The notes under the pieces: model-generated
Seen by the model: the letters and a program-made list of their open reading frames with translations, nothing else
Told to the model about the DNA's origin: nothing
Database searches by the model: none
Position numbers and translations under genes: made by a program
Origin: an uncultured bacterium
GTDB taxonomy: Bacteria > Desulfobacterota_D > UBA1144 > Nemesobacterales > UBA2774
Length of the DNA: 64,000 nt
Assembly (NCBI GenBank): GCA_963705505.1
Contig: CAVPJU010000010.1
Span: forward strand, 480,001-544,000
Direction of reading: 5' to 3'
Part shown: piece after piece, positions 1 through 9,082 of the stretch
How the letters are laid out: each line of letters begins with the position of its first letter
How positions within the stretch are numbered: position 1 is the stretch's first letter

Positions 1-2416
1 GGGAGTATTACTATATGACCGATGCCTGCACTGCGGCGAGGCGCTCGATCAATCGAATACGGTTAGATCCAACGGGAAAAGCTTCTGCTGCAACGGCTGC
101 AGGTCGGTTTACGAGCTCTTGAATGTGCTCGGCCTCGACACCTACTACAGGATAAGGGAATCCCAGAACATAATTAAAACCGCCGCGCCGCCCGACCCCG
201 CTACAGAGGAAGACTACGGGTACCTCGACAGCGAGAGCTTCACGGATTTATACACGACGGAAGAGAACCCACTTACGATGAATTTTTATGTGGAGGGGAT
301 AGAATGCGCCGCATGCCTCTGGCTTATCGAGAAAATACCGGCCTTCGTCCCCGATATAGAAACCCTGTCGCTCAACATGTCGGACAACACTGCGACAGTC
401 AGGTTCACACCCACGAGGAAATTCTCCTCCTTTCCCGAAATAATAAAGAAATTCGGCTACAGGGCGCACCCCCTGAAAACCGACGAGGACGTGAGCGGAC
501 TTAAAAAAAGAGAGAATAGAAGGTCGCTCATCAGGCTTTCGGTCGCTGCCGTATGCGCGGGCAACATAATGCTGCTGTCGGCGGCGATATATTCTGGCGC
601 ACGGGGTGTATTCGAAGAGCATTTCATGCTGCTCAATTTTTTTCTGGCGCTGCCTGTAATAACTTATTGCTCTCTCCCGTTCTATAAGAGCGTCATCGGC
701 TCGCTCAGGACAGGGCGGGCTACGGTCGATATACCCATCGTGTTCGTCATACTCGCCGGTTTCTTCATAAGCGCATATAACTACCTCACGGGAAGCCGTG
801 AAGTCTATTTCGATTCCGTAACCATGTTCGTATTCCTGCTCCTCGCGAGCAGGTATTTCCTGAGATCGGTCCAGGAGCGCCTTAGCGGCAGAGAGCCTCT
901 CGGGAGAAGCCTCTTTTCATCGAACCGCGTCCTCGTGAGGGACGACGAGGCAAAGCAGTTCTTTTACAGGCCCGTGGAAACCCTCGAAGCCGGACAAAAG
1001 ATCAAGCTCGCGAGGGGCGACCGTTTCCCCGCCGACGGCAGGCTGCTCTCCTCCGTTGCCGAAGTCAATCTCTCGGTCCTCACCGGTGAGAACATACCCC
1101 GCACGGTTTCGAGGGGGGAGAGCGTTTACGCTGGCTCGATACTCGATTCCGACGAGGCCGTCCTCGAGGTGACCGGGACCGGCAGCAGGACGAGGATCGG
1201 AAGGGTACTCGAGGATGTGGAGAATAATTACCGGAGCAAAATCAGCCTCTCCACTTACAGCGATAAATACGCGACTGTTTTCACCATCGCCGTAGGCGTT
1301 ATCGCGGCCGCCTCGTTCTTTGCAGTCTCGGCGATCTATAACACGTCCCAGGCGCTCGAAAGGACTATCGCATTCATACTCATTTCATGCCCCTGCGCCT
1401 TCGTGTTCGTGCTGCCGCTCTCATTCGGACTTTTCCTCAAATCCGCCTCCGATAACGGGATACTGATAAAGGACGCGAGGATTTTCGATAAGCTTCCGGG
1501 AATTAAAAACATATTCTTCGACAAGACCGGCACCTTGACGAACGGGGTGTACAGGATACTCGGCTGGGATACCGGCGGACTCTCCGCAGAGGACCGCGCG
1601 GCGGTCCTCGCAATCGAGCGCGAGTCGGAGCACCCGGTAGCAAGGGCGATCGTTACACGCCTCTCCGGGGAGGATCTCCTCCTTCCGGAAGTGAGCGGCT
1701 TCAGGCATATATATTCGAAAGGCGTGGAAGCCCGTGCCGGCGGACACCTCTACACGCTCACAGCGGAGAGGGACGAATCGGCTCCCAACGAAATCAACGA
1801 AATCATAGCCACAAGGATCGTAATACGCAAAGACGGGGAACAGTTGTCAGAGATACTACTCGGAGATTCGCTCAAAACGGACGCAAAGTTCGTAGCGGAC
1901 GAGCTCAAAAAGAGGGGTTTTCGGCTCTACGTACTCTCGGGGGATAAGGAAACCAACGTCAGGCAGGTCGCGGAGAAGCTTCAAATACCCCCGGGGAATG
2001 TTTACTGGGAGGTGACGCCCGAGCGGAAGTCGGAGATAGTCCGGCAGCACGGCCGCTCCATGATGATAGGGGACGGACTTAACGACGCCGGAGCGCTCTC
2101 GTCGTCCGAGGTCGGAGTCGCTATACAGGGGAGCGTCGGTGAGAGCATGAAGGTATCGGACGCCTATATATTAAACAACGACCTCTTCACAATCCTCGAC
2201 CTCATCGATCACGGCAGGGTGATACGCGAAACGGTAAGGAGGAATACGGCCTTTTCCGTCACGTACAACGTTACGGCCGGAGCTTTCGCGCTCCTGGGTT
2301 TCATAAACCCCCTCGCCGCCGCGGTGCTCATGCCGCTCAGCTCGGTGCTGCTCATAGTCTCCTCGCTATACGGTCAGAACAAAATGAGGCTCGGGGAAAG
2401 GAAGGCGCACGTATGA
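1..2416 (+). CDS. ccoI: cbb3-associated heavy-metal (Cu) P1B-type ATPase CcoI/FixI; start probably just left of the window
   Basis: Frame is open from nt 2 (GVLLYDRCLHCG...FCCNGCRSVY, typical CcoI N-terminal metal domain). Also has HMA-like CAAC, TGE, CPC, DKTGTLT, HP and GDGLND motifs. Lies directly upstream of ccoS/ccoN. Confidence 0.93.
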   Translation, partial: GVLLYDRCLHCGEALDQSNTVRSNGKSFCCNGCRSVYELLNVLGLDTYYRIRESQNIIKTAAPPDPATEEDYGYLDSESFTDLYTTEENPLTMNFYVEGIECAACLWLIEKIPAFVPDIETLSLNMSDNTATVRFTPTRKFSSFPEIIKKFGYRAHPLKTDEDVSGLKKRENRRSLIRLSVAAVCAGNIMLLSAAIYSGARGVFEEHFMLLNFFLALPVITYCSLPFYKSVIGSLRTGRATVDIPIVFVILAGFFISAYNYLTGSREVYFDSVTMFVFLLLASRYFLRSVQERLSGREPLGRSLFSSNRVLVRDDEAKQFFYRPVETLEAGQKIKLARGDRFPADGRLLSSVAEVNLSVLTGENIPRTVSRGESVYAGSILDSDEAVLEVTGTGSRTRIGRVLEDVENNYRSKISLSTYSDKYATVFTIAVGVIAAASFFAVSAIYNTSQALERTIAFILISCPCAFVFVLPLSFGLFLKSASDNGILIKDARIFDKLPGIKNIFFDKTGTLTNGVYRILGWDTGGLSAEDRAAVLAIERESEHPVARAIVTRLSGEDLLLPEVSGFRHIYSKGVEARAGGHLYTLTAERDESAPNEINEIIATRIVIRKDGEQLSEILLGDSLKTDAKFVADELKKRGFRLYVLSGDKETNVRQVAEKLQIPPGNVYWEVTPERKSEIVRQHGRSMMIGDGLNDAGALSSSEVGVAIQGSVGESMKVSDAYILNNDLFTILDLIDHGRVIRETVRRNTAFSVTYNVTAGAFALLGFINPLAAAVLMPLSSVLLIVSSLYGQNKMRLGERKAHV

Positions 2417-2598
2417 ATATTATTTTTCTTACACTCGGGGTGTCGATCGCAATCGCGCTCATTTTCCTCTCCGCTTTCATATGGGCGGCGGGAAAGGGGC
2501 AATACGACGACCTCAAAACCCCGGGACACAGAATGCTGCTCGATGATTATGAAACGGATACAAAGAATGATAACGCTAAGGAGGATACGGATAAATGA
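2413..2598 (+). CDS. ccoS: cbb3-type oxidase maturation protein CcoS
   Basis: 61 aa, one TM helix followed by FIWAAGKGQYDDLKTP; ATGA overlaps at both ends. Confidence 0.93.
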   Translation: MNIIFLTLGVSIAIALIFLSAFIWAAGKGQYDDLKTPGHRMLLDDYETDTKNDNAKEDTDK

Positions 2599-4760
2599 GT
2601 GACGTCAGAGCGGGAAGCGCCGCTATCACGGAAAAGATTTATTACGATGACGACATCGTTAAAAAATTTATTTATGCCACGATATTCTGGGGAGCCGCGG
2701 CTTTCATAGTCGGACTCCTCGCAGCGCTCGAGCTTGCGTACTGGCCTGCGAACCTGGAGCTCCCCTGGCTCACATTCGGGAGGATAAGACCGCTTCATAC
2801 GAATGCAGCCATATTCGCATTCGCCGGAAATATCATTTTCGCGGGCATATACCACTCGACGCAGCGGCTGTTGAAAACACGGAACTTCTCGGATTTCCTT
2901 TCCAATTTTCATTTCTGGGGATGGCAGCTTATCATAGTGGGCGCGCTGGTGACGCTCCCCCTCGGGTATTCCCACGGAAAGGAGTATGCAGAGCTCGAGT
3001 GGCCGCTGGACATCGCAATAGCGGTTGTGTGGGTGGTCTTCGCGGTCAACTTCTTCGGCACTATAGCGATCAGAAGGGTAAAGCACCTCTATGTGGCGAT
3101 ATGGTTTTACATCGCTACGATCGTGACCGTCGCCCTCCTTCATATCGTTAACTCGATCGAGATTCCGGTCGCCATGTTCAAAAGCTATCCGGTCTATGCG
3201 GGCGTGCAGGACGCGCTCGTCCAGTGGTGGTACGGTCATAACGCGGTCGCCTTCTTCCTGACGACGCCCTTCCTCGGACTCATGTACTACTACGTGCCCA
3301 AAGCAGCGAACAGGCCTATATACAGCTACAGGCTCTCGATAGTCCATTTCTGGTCGCTCGTTTTCATATACATATGGGCGGGCCCCCACCATCTCCTGAA
3401 CTCAGCACTGCCCGACTGGGCGCAAACCCTGGGGATGGTATTCAGCCTGATGCTCTGGGCGCCGAGCTGGGGAGGTATGATAAACGGTCTTCTCACACTG
3501 AGAGGGGCGTGGACGAAGCTCCGCACTGACCCCATAATCAAGTTCCTCGCCGTGGCTGTAACGTTTTACGGGATGACGACGTTCGAAGGCCCACTGCTAT
3601 CCATAAAATCGGTGAACTCGCTTGCGCACTACACCGACTGGATAATCGGACACGTGCACGGCGGGACACTCGGCTGGAACGGTTTCCTGACATTCGGAAT
3701 CATCTATTACCTCGTGCCCAGGCTCTGGAATACGAAAATGTACAGCGAGAGGCTAATGAACTGGCATTTCTGGATAGGCCTTCTCGGCATACTGATCTAC
3801 TATATTTCGATGTGGGCCAGCGGAATTACGCAGGGTCTCATGTGGAGGGCTATAGGTGAGAACGGCCAGCTCGTTTATCCCGACTTCGTCGAGACGGTAA
3901 TAAGGATAGCCCCTCTCTATTATGTGCGGTTCGCGGGCGGCGCGCTCTTTCTCACGGGTTTCCTACTCCTCATCTACAACGTATGGGTGACAATAGCAAG
4001 AGCTCCCAAAGGACAGAAGGCTCAGGCTGTCGAGGTCCCCGCGCGCTCAGCAGCCGACACGACGGCAATCGGGACGGGGCATAGAAAGCTCGAAGCCCTT
4101 TCCGCGATCTTCACCGTTCTCCTGTTCATAGCGGTTATCGTGGGATCGATCATAGAAATCATCCCCACGCTCGCGATCTACAAATACCTCCCGACGACGA
4201 CAAAGACCGAGCCTTACACACCGCTTGAGCTCGCCGGCAGGGACGTATACATCAAAGAGGGCTGTTACGTATGCCATTCGCAGATGATCAGGAAGCTACC
4301 GTACGACGTTCTCAGGTTCGGACCCAGCTCCACCATCGAGGAATCCATGTACGACCACCCGTTCCAGTGGGGGTCGAAGAGGACGGGTCCCGACCTCGCG
4401 AGGGTCGGAGGGAAATACCCCGATATGTGGCACCTCCGTCATATGATGAACCCGCGCGAGATCACACCCAGGTCTATAATGCCCGCATACCCTTGGCTCG
4501 CGACGACGAAGATCGACTACAACATCCTGAGGAAGAAGCTGAGCGTAATGAAAATGCTCGGCGTGCCCTATAAACAAGAAGACGTTGCAAACGCCGACAT
4601 AAACGCCGAAAAACAGGCGGCCGTTATATACGAGGGTCTCCTGAGCCAGGACCCGTCGCTGAGCTCCGTCAAGGACACGGAAGTGATCGCGATTATCGCA
4701 TATCTCCAGAGTCTGGGTAAGAAGACGTCCCAGCAGGGGGTCGCATCATCAACCAGATAG
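2595..4760 (+). CDS. ccoN: cbb3-type cytochrome c oxidase fused subunits I/II (CcoNO)
   Basis: RPLHTN, WWYGHNAV, GPHH and GHVH motifs of CcoN; C-terminal CcoO domain with GCYVCHSQMIR and WGSKRTGPDL. Confidence 0.97.
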   Translation: MSDVRAGSAAITEKIYYDDDIVKKFIYATIFWGAAAFIVGLLAALELAYWPANLELPWLTFGRIRPLHTNAAIFAFAGNIIFAGIYHSTQRLLKTRNFSDFLSNFHFWGWQLIIVGALVTLPLGYSHGKEYAELEWPLDIAIAVVWVVFAVNFFGTIAIRRVKHLYVAIWFYIATIVTVALLHIVNSIEIPVAMFKSYPVYAGVQDALVQWWYGHNAVAFFLTTPFLGLMYYYVPKAANRPIYSYRLSIVHFWSLVFIYIWAGPHHLLNSALPDWAQTLGMVFSLMLWAPSWGGMINGLLTLRGAWTKLRTDPIIKFLAVAVTFYGMTTFEGPLLSIKSVNSLAHYTDWIIGHVHGGTLGWNGFLTFGIIYYLVPRLWNTKMYSERLMNWHFWIGLLGILIYYISMWASGITQGLMWRAIGENGQLVYPDFVETVIRIAPLYYVRFAGGALFLTGFLLLIYNVWVTIARAPKGQKAQAVEVPARSAADTTAIGTGHRKLEALSAIFTVLLFIAVIVGSIIEIIPTLAIYKYLPTTTKTEPYTPLELAGRDVYIKEGCYVCHSQMIRKLPYDVLRFGPSSTIEESMYDHPFQWGSKRTGPDLARVGGKYPDMWHLRHMMNPREITPRSIMPAYPWLATTKIDYNILRKKLSVMKMLGVPYKQEDVANADINAEKQAAVIYEGLLSQDPSLSSVKDTEVIAIIAYLQSLGKKTSQQGVASSTR

Positions 4761-4936
4761 CTCTATCTTATTTCACGGATATTGAGATCATCATCGTAGC
4801 CCTCGTAATATTCCTTACGGCTTTCGTGGCGATCGTGCTCTGGGCACTCAGAAAGCCGAAGGCGGAGATCGAGGAAATGGAGCGACTTCCCCTCGAGGAC
4901 GAGGGCGTCAAAATAAAGGAGAATGTCAATGACTGA
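4745..4936 (+). CDS. ccoQ: cbb3 oxidase subunit CcoQ (absent from the ORF track; no canonical start codon)
   Basis: Open frame (I)INQIALSYFTDIEIIIVALVIFLTAFVAIVLWALRKPKAEIEEMERLPLEDEG...TGA between ccoNO and ccoP: one TM helix plus an LPLED tail. First plausible start is ATC at 4745. Confidence 0.8.
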   Translation: MINQIALSYFTDIEIIIVALVIFLTAFVAIVLWALRKPKAEIEEMERLPLEDEGVKIKENVND

Positions 4937-5498
4937 TAAAGATAAACTTATTCAGGACCACGATTACGACGGAATCAGGGAGCTAAACAACCCGCTTCCC
5001 GGCTGGTGGCTTATGACATTTTATATCACGGTGATATTCGCCGTAATATATTTCGCATATTACCAGCTCTTCGGAGGGCCGACTCTCGACAAGGAGCTCG
5101 CAACCGAGATGGGCGCTATCAAAGCGGCGCAGCACAAGACCGAGGAAGCGGCGGAGGGAAAAACCCAGCAGGACTATCTGGCCCTGGTATCGAATCCGGA
5201 AGCCATTGCAAAGGGCAAGGCGGAGTTCCTCGCAAAATGTATACCCTGCCACGGCGACAAGGGCCAGGGAATTATAGGACCCAACCTTACGGACGATTAC
5301 TGGATACACGGGGACGGGTCGATACCTGCTATACTTAAAGTTATGAACTCCGGGGTTGCCGATAAGGGAATGCCTTCCTGGAAAGGAGTCATACCGCCCG
5401 ACCTCCAGGCCGACGTCGCGGCTTACGTTTACAGCATCCATGGCTCGAACCCGCCGGGAGCGAAAGCGCCTCAGGGGCAAATGATAGAACGCAGATGA
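4929..5498 (+). CDS. ccoP: cbb3 oxidase subunit III CcoP (single-heme form)
   Basis: HDYDGIRELNNPLPGWW, one CIPCH, GPNLTD, GMPSW. AAGGAG RBS spacing favours ATG 4929 over 4923. Confidence 0.93.
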   Translation: MTDKDKLIQDHDYDGIRELNNPLPGWWLMTFYITVIFAVIYFAYYQLFGGPTLDKELATEMGAIKAAQHKTEEAAEGKTQQDYLALVSNPEAIAKGKAEFLAKCIPCHGDKGQGIIGPNLTDDYWIHGDGSIPAILKVMNSGVADKGMPSWKGVIPPDLQADVAAYVYSIHGSNPPGAKAPQGQMIERR

Positions 5499-6922
5499 AG
5501 GTACTGGATCAAAGACACCTTCCGGACGAGCGTCCGGCCACCATGGACGAAAAGGGGAAACGGGTTTTTATATTCCCCGCGCAGGTTAAGGGCTTCTGGC
5601 GGAGTCTGAGGACGATCACCGAGATATTCCTCGTTATTTTCTTCCTCGTGCTCCCGTGGATCAAGATCGGAGGACACCAGGCGCTCCTTCTCAACATTGG
5701 GGAGAGGAAATTCTCCATATTCGGCCTCACCTTCTGGGCGCACGACGCTCCTCTGATTTTCTTCATACTGGCGTTCCTCACCATAGGCCTCGCTTTCGTA
5801 ACCGCTGTATGGGGGAGGATATGGTGCGGATGGGCGTGCCCTCAGACCGTATTCATCGACGGCATATTCAGGAGGCTCGAATACCTTATTATCGGGAGCC
5901 ACTTACAGCAGCGGAACCTCGCGCAGGCCCCGTGGGACCTGAGAAAATTTTTCAAATTGTCCCTCCTCTGGTCTCTTTTCATTATAGTGAGCCTCGTGAT
6001 TGCCCACAGCTTTCTCGCGTATTTCGTGGGCGCCGACAGGCTCGTCGAGATGACCCAGCACAACCCCGGGGAGAACTGGACTATCTTTGTCATAATGGCG
6101 TTCCTCACCGCAGTGTTCCTATTCGACTTCGGATGGTTCAGAGAGCAGTTCTGCATAATCGTATGCCCATACGGCAGGTTCCAATCGGTGCTGCTGGACG
6201 ACGACTCGCTCACGGTCTCATACGACCCCGTGAGGGGTGAGCCACGGAAGGGGAGCGAAGGACCTGGCCAGACCGAAGGCGACTGCATCAACTGCTACAA
6301 GTGCGTAGCCGTATGCCCCACCGGTATAGACATAAGGAACGGCCTCCAGCTCGAGTGCATCGGGTGCACGGCATGCATAGATGCATGCGACGAGGTTATG
6401 GAGAAGATCGAAAAACCCAAAGGCCTGATAAGATACGCGACAGGAATATCTCTAAAAGGGCTAAAAGCGAGGTGGTTCAGGCCCAGGGTGGCCATATATG
6501 TCGTACTTCTCGTCGCTGTTGTCAGCGCACTAATCGTATCAATAAACCGGAGAGAGGATATCGTAGTTACGATCCTCCGCGGAAAGGACACCCCTTTCCA
6601 AGTAGTTAAAAACGATGATGGGAGCGAAGAGATAATAAACCATTTCAAGATGCATATGAAGAATCAAACAATTGATGACGTGAGCCTCAAGATGGTGCTT
6701 CCAGAAGACTTAAAGCGCAAGAATATCGAGATCATCTCCCAGAGCGAATCGTTTGACCTCGGAGCGGGAAAGGACCTCACCGTACATTTCTTCGTCAAAT
6801 TTCCCAAAGACGTTACCGGGAGTAGGGGAAGCGAACCCGTTAAACTCGATTTCATAGATACGAAGAACAACAAAATAGAGTCCGAGGAGGACCTCGAGCT
6901 TGTCGGACCTAAGTCAATTTAG
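5495..6922 (+). CDS. ccoG: cytochrome c oxidase accessory protein CcoG/FixG
   Basis: GRIWCGWACPQT, CPYGRFQ and two ferredoxin-type Cys clusters. Confidence 0.96.
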   Translation: MKVLDQRHLPDERPATMDEKGKRVFIFPAQVKGFWRSLRTITEIFLVIFFLVLPWIKIGGHQALLLNIGERKFSIFGLTFWAHDAPLIFFILAFLTIGLAFVTAVWGRIWCGWACPQTVFIDGIFRRLEYLIIGSHLQQRNLAQAPWDLRKFFKLSLLWSLFIIVSLVIAHSFLAYFVGADRLVEMTQHNPGENWTIFVIMAFLTAVFLFDFGWFREQFCIIVCPYGRFQSVLLDDDSLTVSYDPVRGEPRKGSEGPGQTEGDCINCYKCVAVCPTGIDIRNGLQLECIGCTACIDACDEVMEKIEKPKGLIRYATGISLKGLKARWFRPRVAIYVVLLVAVVSALIVSINRREDIVVTILRGKDTPFQVVKNDDGSEEIINHFKMHMKNQTIDDVSLKMVLPEDLKRKNIEIISQSESFDLGAGKDLTVHFFVKFPKDVTGSRGSEPVKLDFIDTKNNKIESEEDLELVGPKSI

Positions 6923-7655
6923 CGAGATCATAAGCCGCTGGTCATATCTTTCGGTGCCGGTCGGAGTATTCATAGCGAGCCTTGCGGGAAGCTCCCACTG
7001 CGTCGCGATGTGCGGTCCTATAGCCGTAACCGTGAACAATAAGATCGGATATCTCCCCCTCTACCACGTGGGCAGGCTCTTCAGCTACCTCTCACTCGGA
7101 GTATTAGCGGGACTCCTCGGGGAAAAGTTTCTGAGCAACAACTATCCGCTTATTTCTACCGTGTCATTGATTCTTCTTTCACTATTCCTCATCTATACCG
7201 GCTACAACCTCGTAAGAGGAAAACATCTCGAACTAATACCGGGAAGATTCGTCACATCCCTTCTGACAGTCCCCGCCCGCTGGTCCCTCGCACAAAAAAG
7301 ACCCGTGGCGGCGTTCACTCTCGGTCTCGTGAACGGGTTCATACCGTGCGGCTGGGTATATATATTCGTCATTGGGGCTCTGGCGGCGAAAACCCCTCTT
7401 TTCGGCGCACTCATGCTCTTTATATTCTGGCTCGGCACAGTTCCGGCATTGTCTTTTATCCCGGTCATATACAAGAGATCGATGAATATAGCGCCCAGGA
7501 AGCTGAGCGTTATAGCGGGGGTAATATTGATCCTTGTCGGGCTCGCCAATTTCGCCCTCCACATGATACCGTCGGAAAAAATGGACCACGGCAAATCGAT
7601 ATGCGCCGTGACGAGCGGTGTATCCAGAAGCGACCCGGCTCACGGAAATAAATAA
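6900..7655 (+). CDS. DsbD_2 / TauE-like membrane protein of cco loci
   Basis: SHCVAMCGP, YHVGRLFSY and GFIPCGWVY motifs; multi-TM. Confidence 0.85.
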   Translation: MSDLSQFSEIISRWSYLSVPVGVFIASLAGSSHCVAMCGPIAVTVNNKIGYLPLYHVGRLFSYLSLGVLAGLLGEKFLSNNYPLISTVSLILLSLFLIYTGYNLVRGKHLELIPGRFVTSLLTVPARWSLAQKRPVAAFTLGLVNGFIPCGWVYIFVIGALAAKTPLFGALMLFIFWLGTVPALSFIPVIYKRSMNIAPRKLSVIAGVILILVGLANFALHMIPSEKMDHGKSICAVTSGVSRSDPAHGNK

Positions 7656-7726
7656 TCTCCGCCAGGTTTCAATAATGTTTTAACTCTGTGGATTTATCCG
7701 ATTTGAGTTTTCGAAGACGCCCGCCT

Positions 7727-9082
7727 CTACTCCACACCGTACTGCTTAAGTTTTCTGTAAAGTGTGTCTCTCGAGATGCCGAGGATGTCGGCCGCTTTAG
7801 ACTTATTGCCCTTGCACTCTCTTAAAGCCTGCTCGAGCGCGAATTTCTCCAGCCTGTCGAGCGCGAGGATCTGGTGCTCGGAGCTCTTGGGCTGCTGCCA
7901 GAGGAGGTGCTCTTTTAGCTCTCTTTCCGTTATCGTGTTCTTACTCATAGGCATGACGGCGATTATGCCTTCGATAAGGTTCTCGAGCTCCCTGATATTT
8001 CCGGGGAAGTGGTAGTTGTAGAGCGAGCTGAAAGCCCCTTCCGAGAGCCCCTTGACCCTCTTCGAATATTTTTTGTTGAACCTCCCTATGAAGTGCTCTA
8101 TGAGAAGAGGTATGTCCCCCCTGCGCTCCCTTAACGGCGGAAGCTCGATCACTATTACGGCAAGTCTGAAGAACAGGTCCTCCCTCAGGTAAGTTTTCTT
8201 GAGCTCCTCTATCGGATGGTTGCTCGCGGAGATCACTCTCACGTCAAGCGATATTTCCTGAGTATGCCCTATCGGCCTCACCTTATATTCCTCGAGCACC
8301 CTCAGGAGCCTCACCTGGAGCTCCTTCGGCATTTCCCCTATCTCATCGAGGAAGATTGTACCCTTCTCGGCTGCGACGAATAGCCCCTCGTGGTCCCTTA
8401 TAGCCCCGGTGAATGCGCCTTTCCTGTACCCGAATAGCTCCGACTCGAGAAGGTCCCTCGGTATCGCCCCGCAGTTGACCCCTATGAACGGTTTCCCCGC
8501 CCTCTCGCCCCGGAGGTGTATTGCTTTTGCAAGGAGTTCCTTTCCTGTGCCCGTCTCTCCCACTATGAACACGGGAGCGTTGCTGTAAGCGGCCGCGGAT
8601 GCCCTTTCGAAAACGGTCTTCATCAGCTTCGAGCCGCTGATGATGTTGTCGAAACCGTATTTCTCGGAAAGTAGAACGCTCAGGCTGCTGACTTTATCCT
8701 CAAGCTCCTCCGCTTTCCTGATCACGTCCAGCTTATTCAGTAAAATGTCCTTATCGAAGGGCTTCGTGATGAAATCCTTTGCGCCCCGCTTTATCGCCTC
8801 GACGGCTGTCTGTACCGTCCCCTGACCTGTAACCATGATGACCATTGTTTCCGGTGTCAGCTCCACGAGCTTCTCGAGGAGCGTGAAACCGTCCATGAGC
8901 GGCATCACCAGATCCAGGAGCACGAGCCCTATTCCGCCGTCCTCAGCCGCCCTTTCCAGAGCCTCCTTTCCCGAATATGCGGTTATCACGTCATAGTTAT
9001 TACGCTCTAAAAGCTCCTTCACGGCTTCAACGTATTCCTGGTCATCGTCGACGACAAGCACTTTGAATTTTTCATGGCTCAC
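7727..9082 (-). CDS. sigma54-dependent response regulator (NtrC/AtoC family)
   Basis: Receiver domain, GETGTGKE, GAFTGA, FPGNIREL and C-terminal Fis HTH. Confidence 0.96.
   Translation of the reverse strand: MSHEKFKVLVVDDDQEYVEAVKELLERNNYDVITAYSGKEALERAAEDGGIGLVLLDLVMPLMDGFTLLEKLVELTPETMVIMVTGQGTVQTAVEAIKRGAKDFITKPFDKDILLNKLDVIRKAEELEDKVSSLSVLLSEKYGFDNIISGSKLMKTVFERASAAAYSNAPVFIVGETGTGKELLAKAIHLRGERAGKPFIGVNCGAIPRDLLESELFGYRKGAFTGAIRDHEGLFVAAEKGTIFLDEIGEMPKELQVRLLRVLEEYKVRPIGHTQEISLDVRVISASNHPIEELKKTYLREDLFFRLAVIVIELPPLRERRGDIPLLIEHFIGRFNKKYSKRVKGLSEGAFSSLYNYHFPGNIRELENLIEGIIAVMPMSKNTITERELKEHLLWQQPKSSEHQILALDRLEKFALEQALRECKGNKSKAADILGISRDTLYRKLKQYGVE

Noticed and set aside
2595..5498. CcoN-CcoO fusion and single-heme CcoP as novelties
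   Set aside because: This arrangement is already known in several bacterial lineages.
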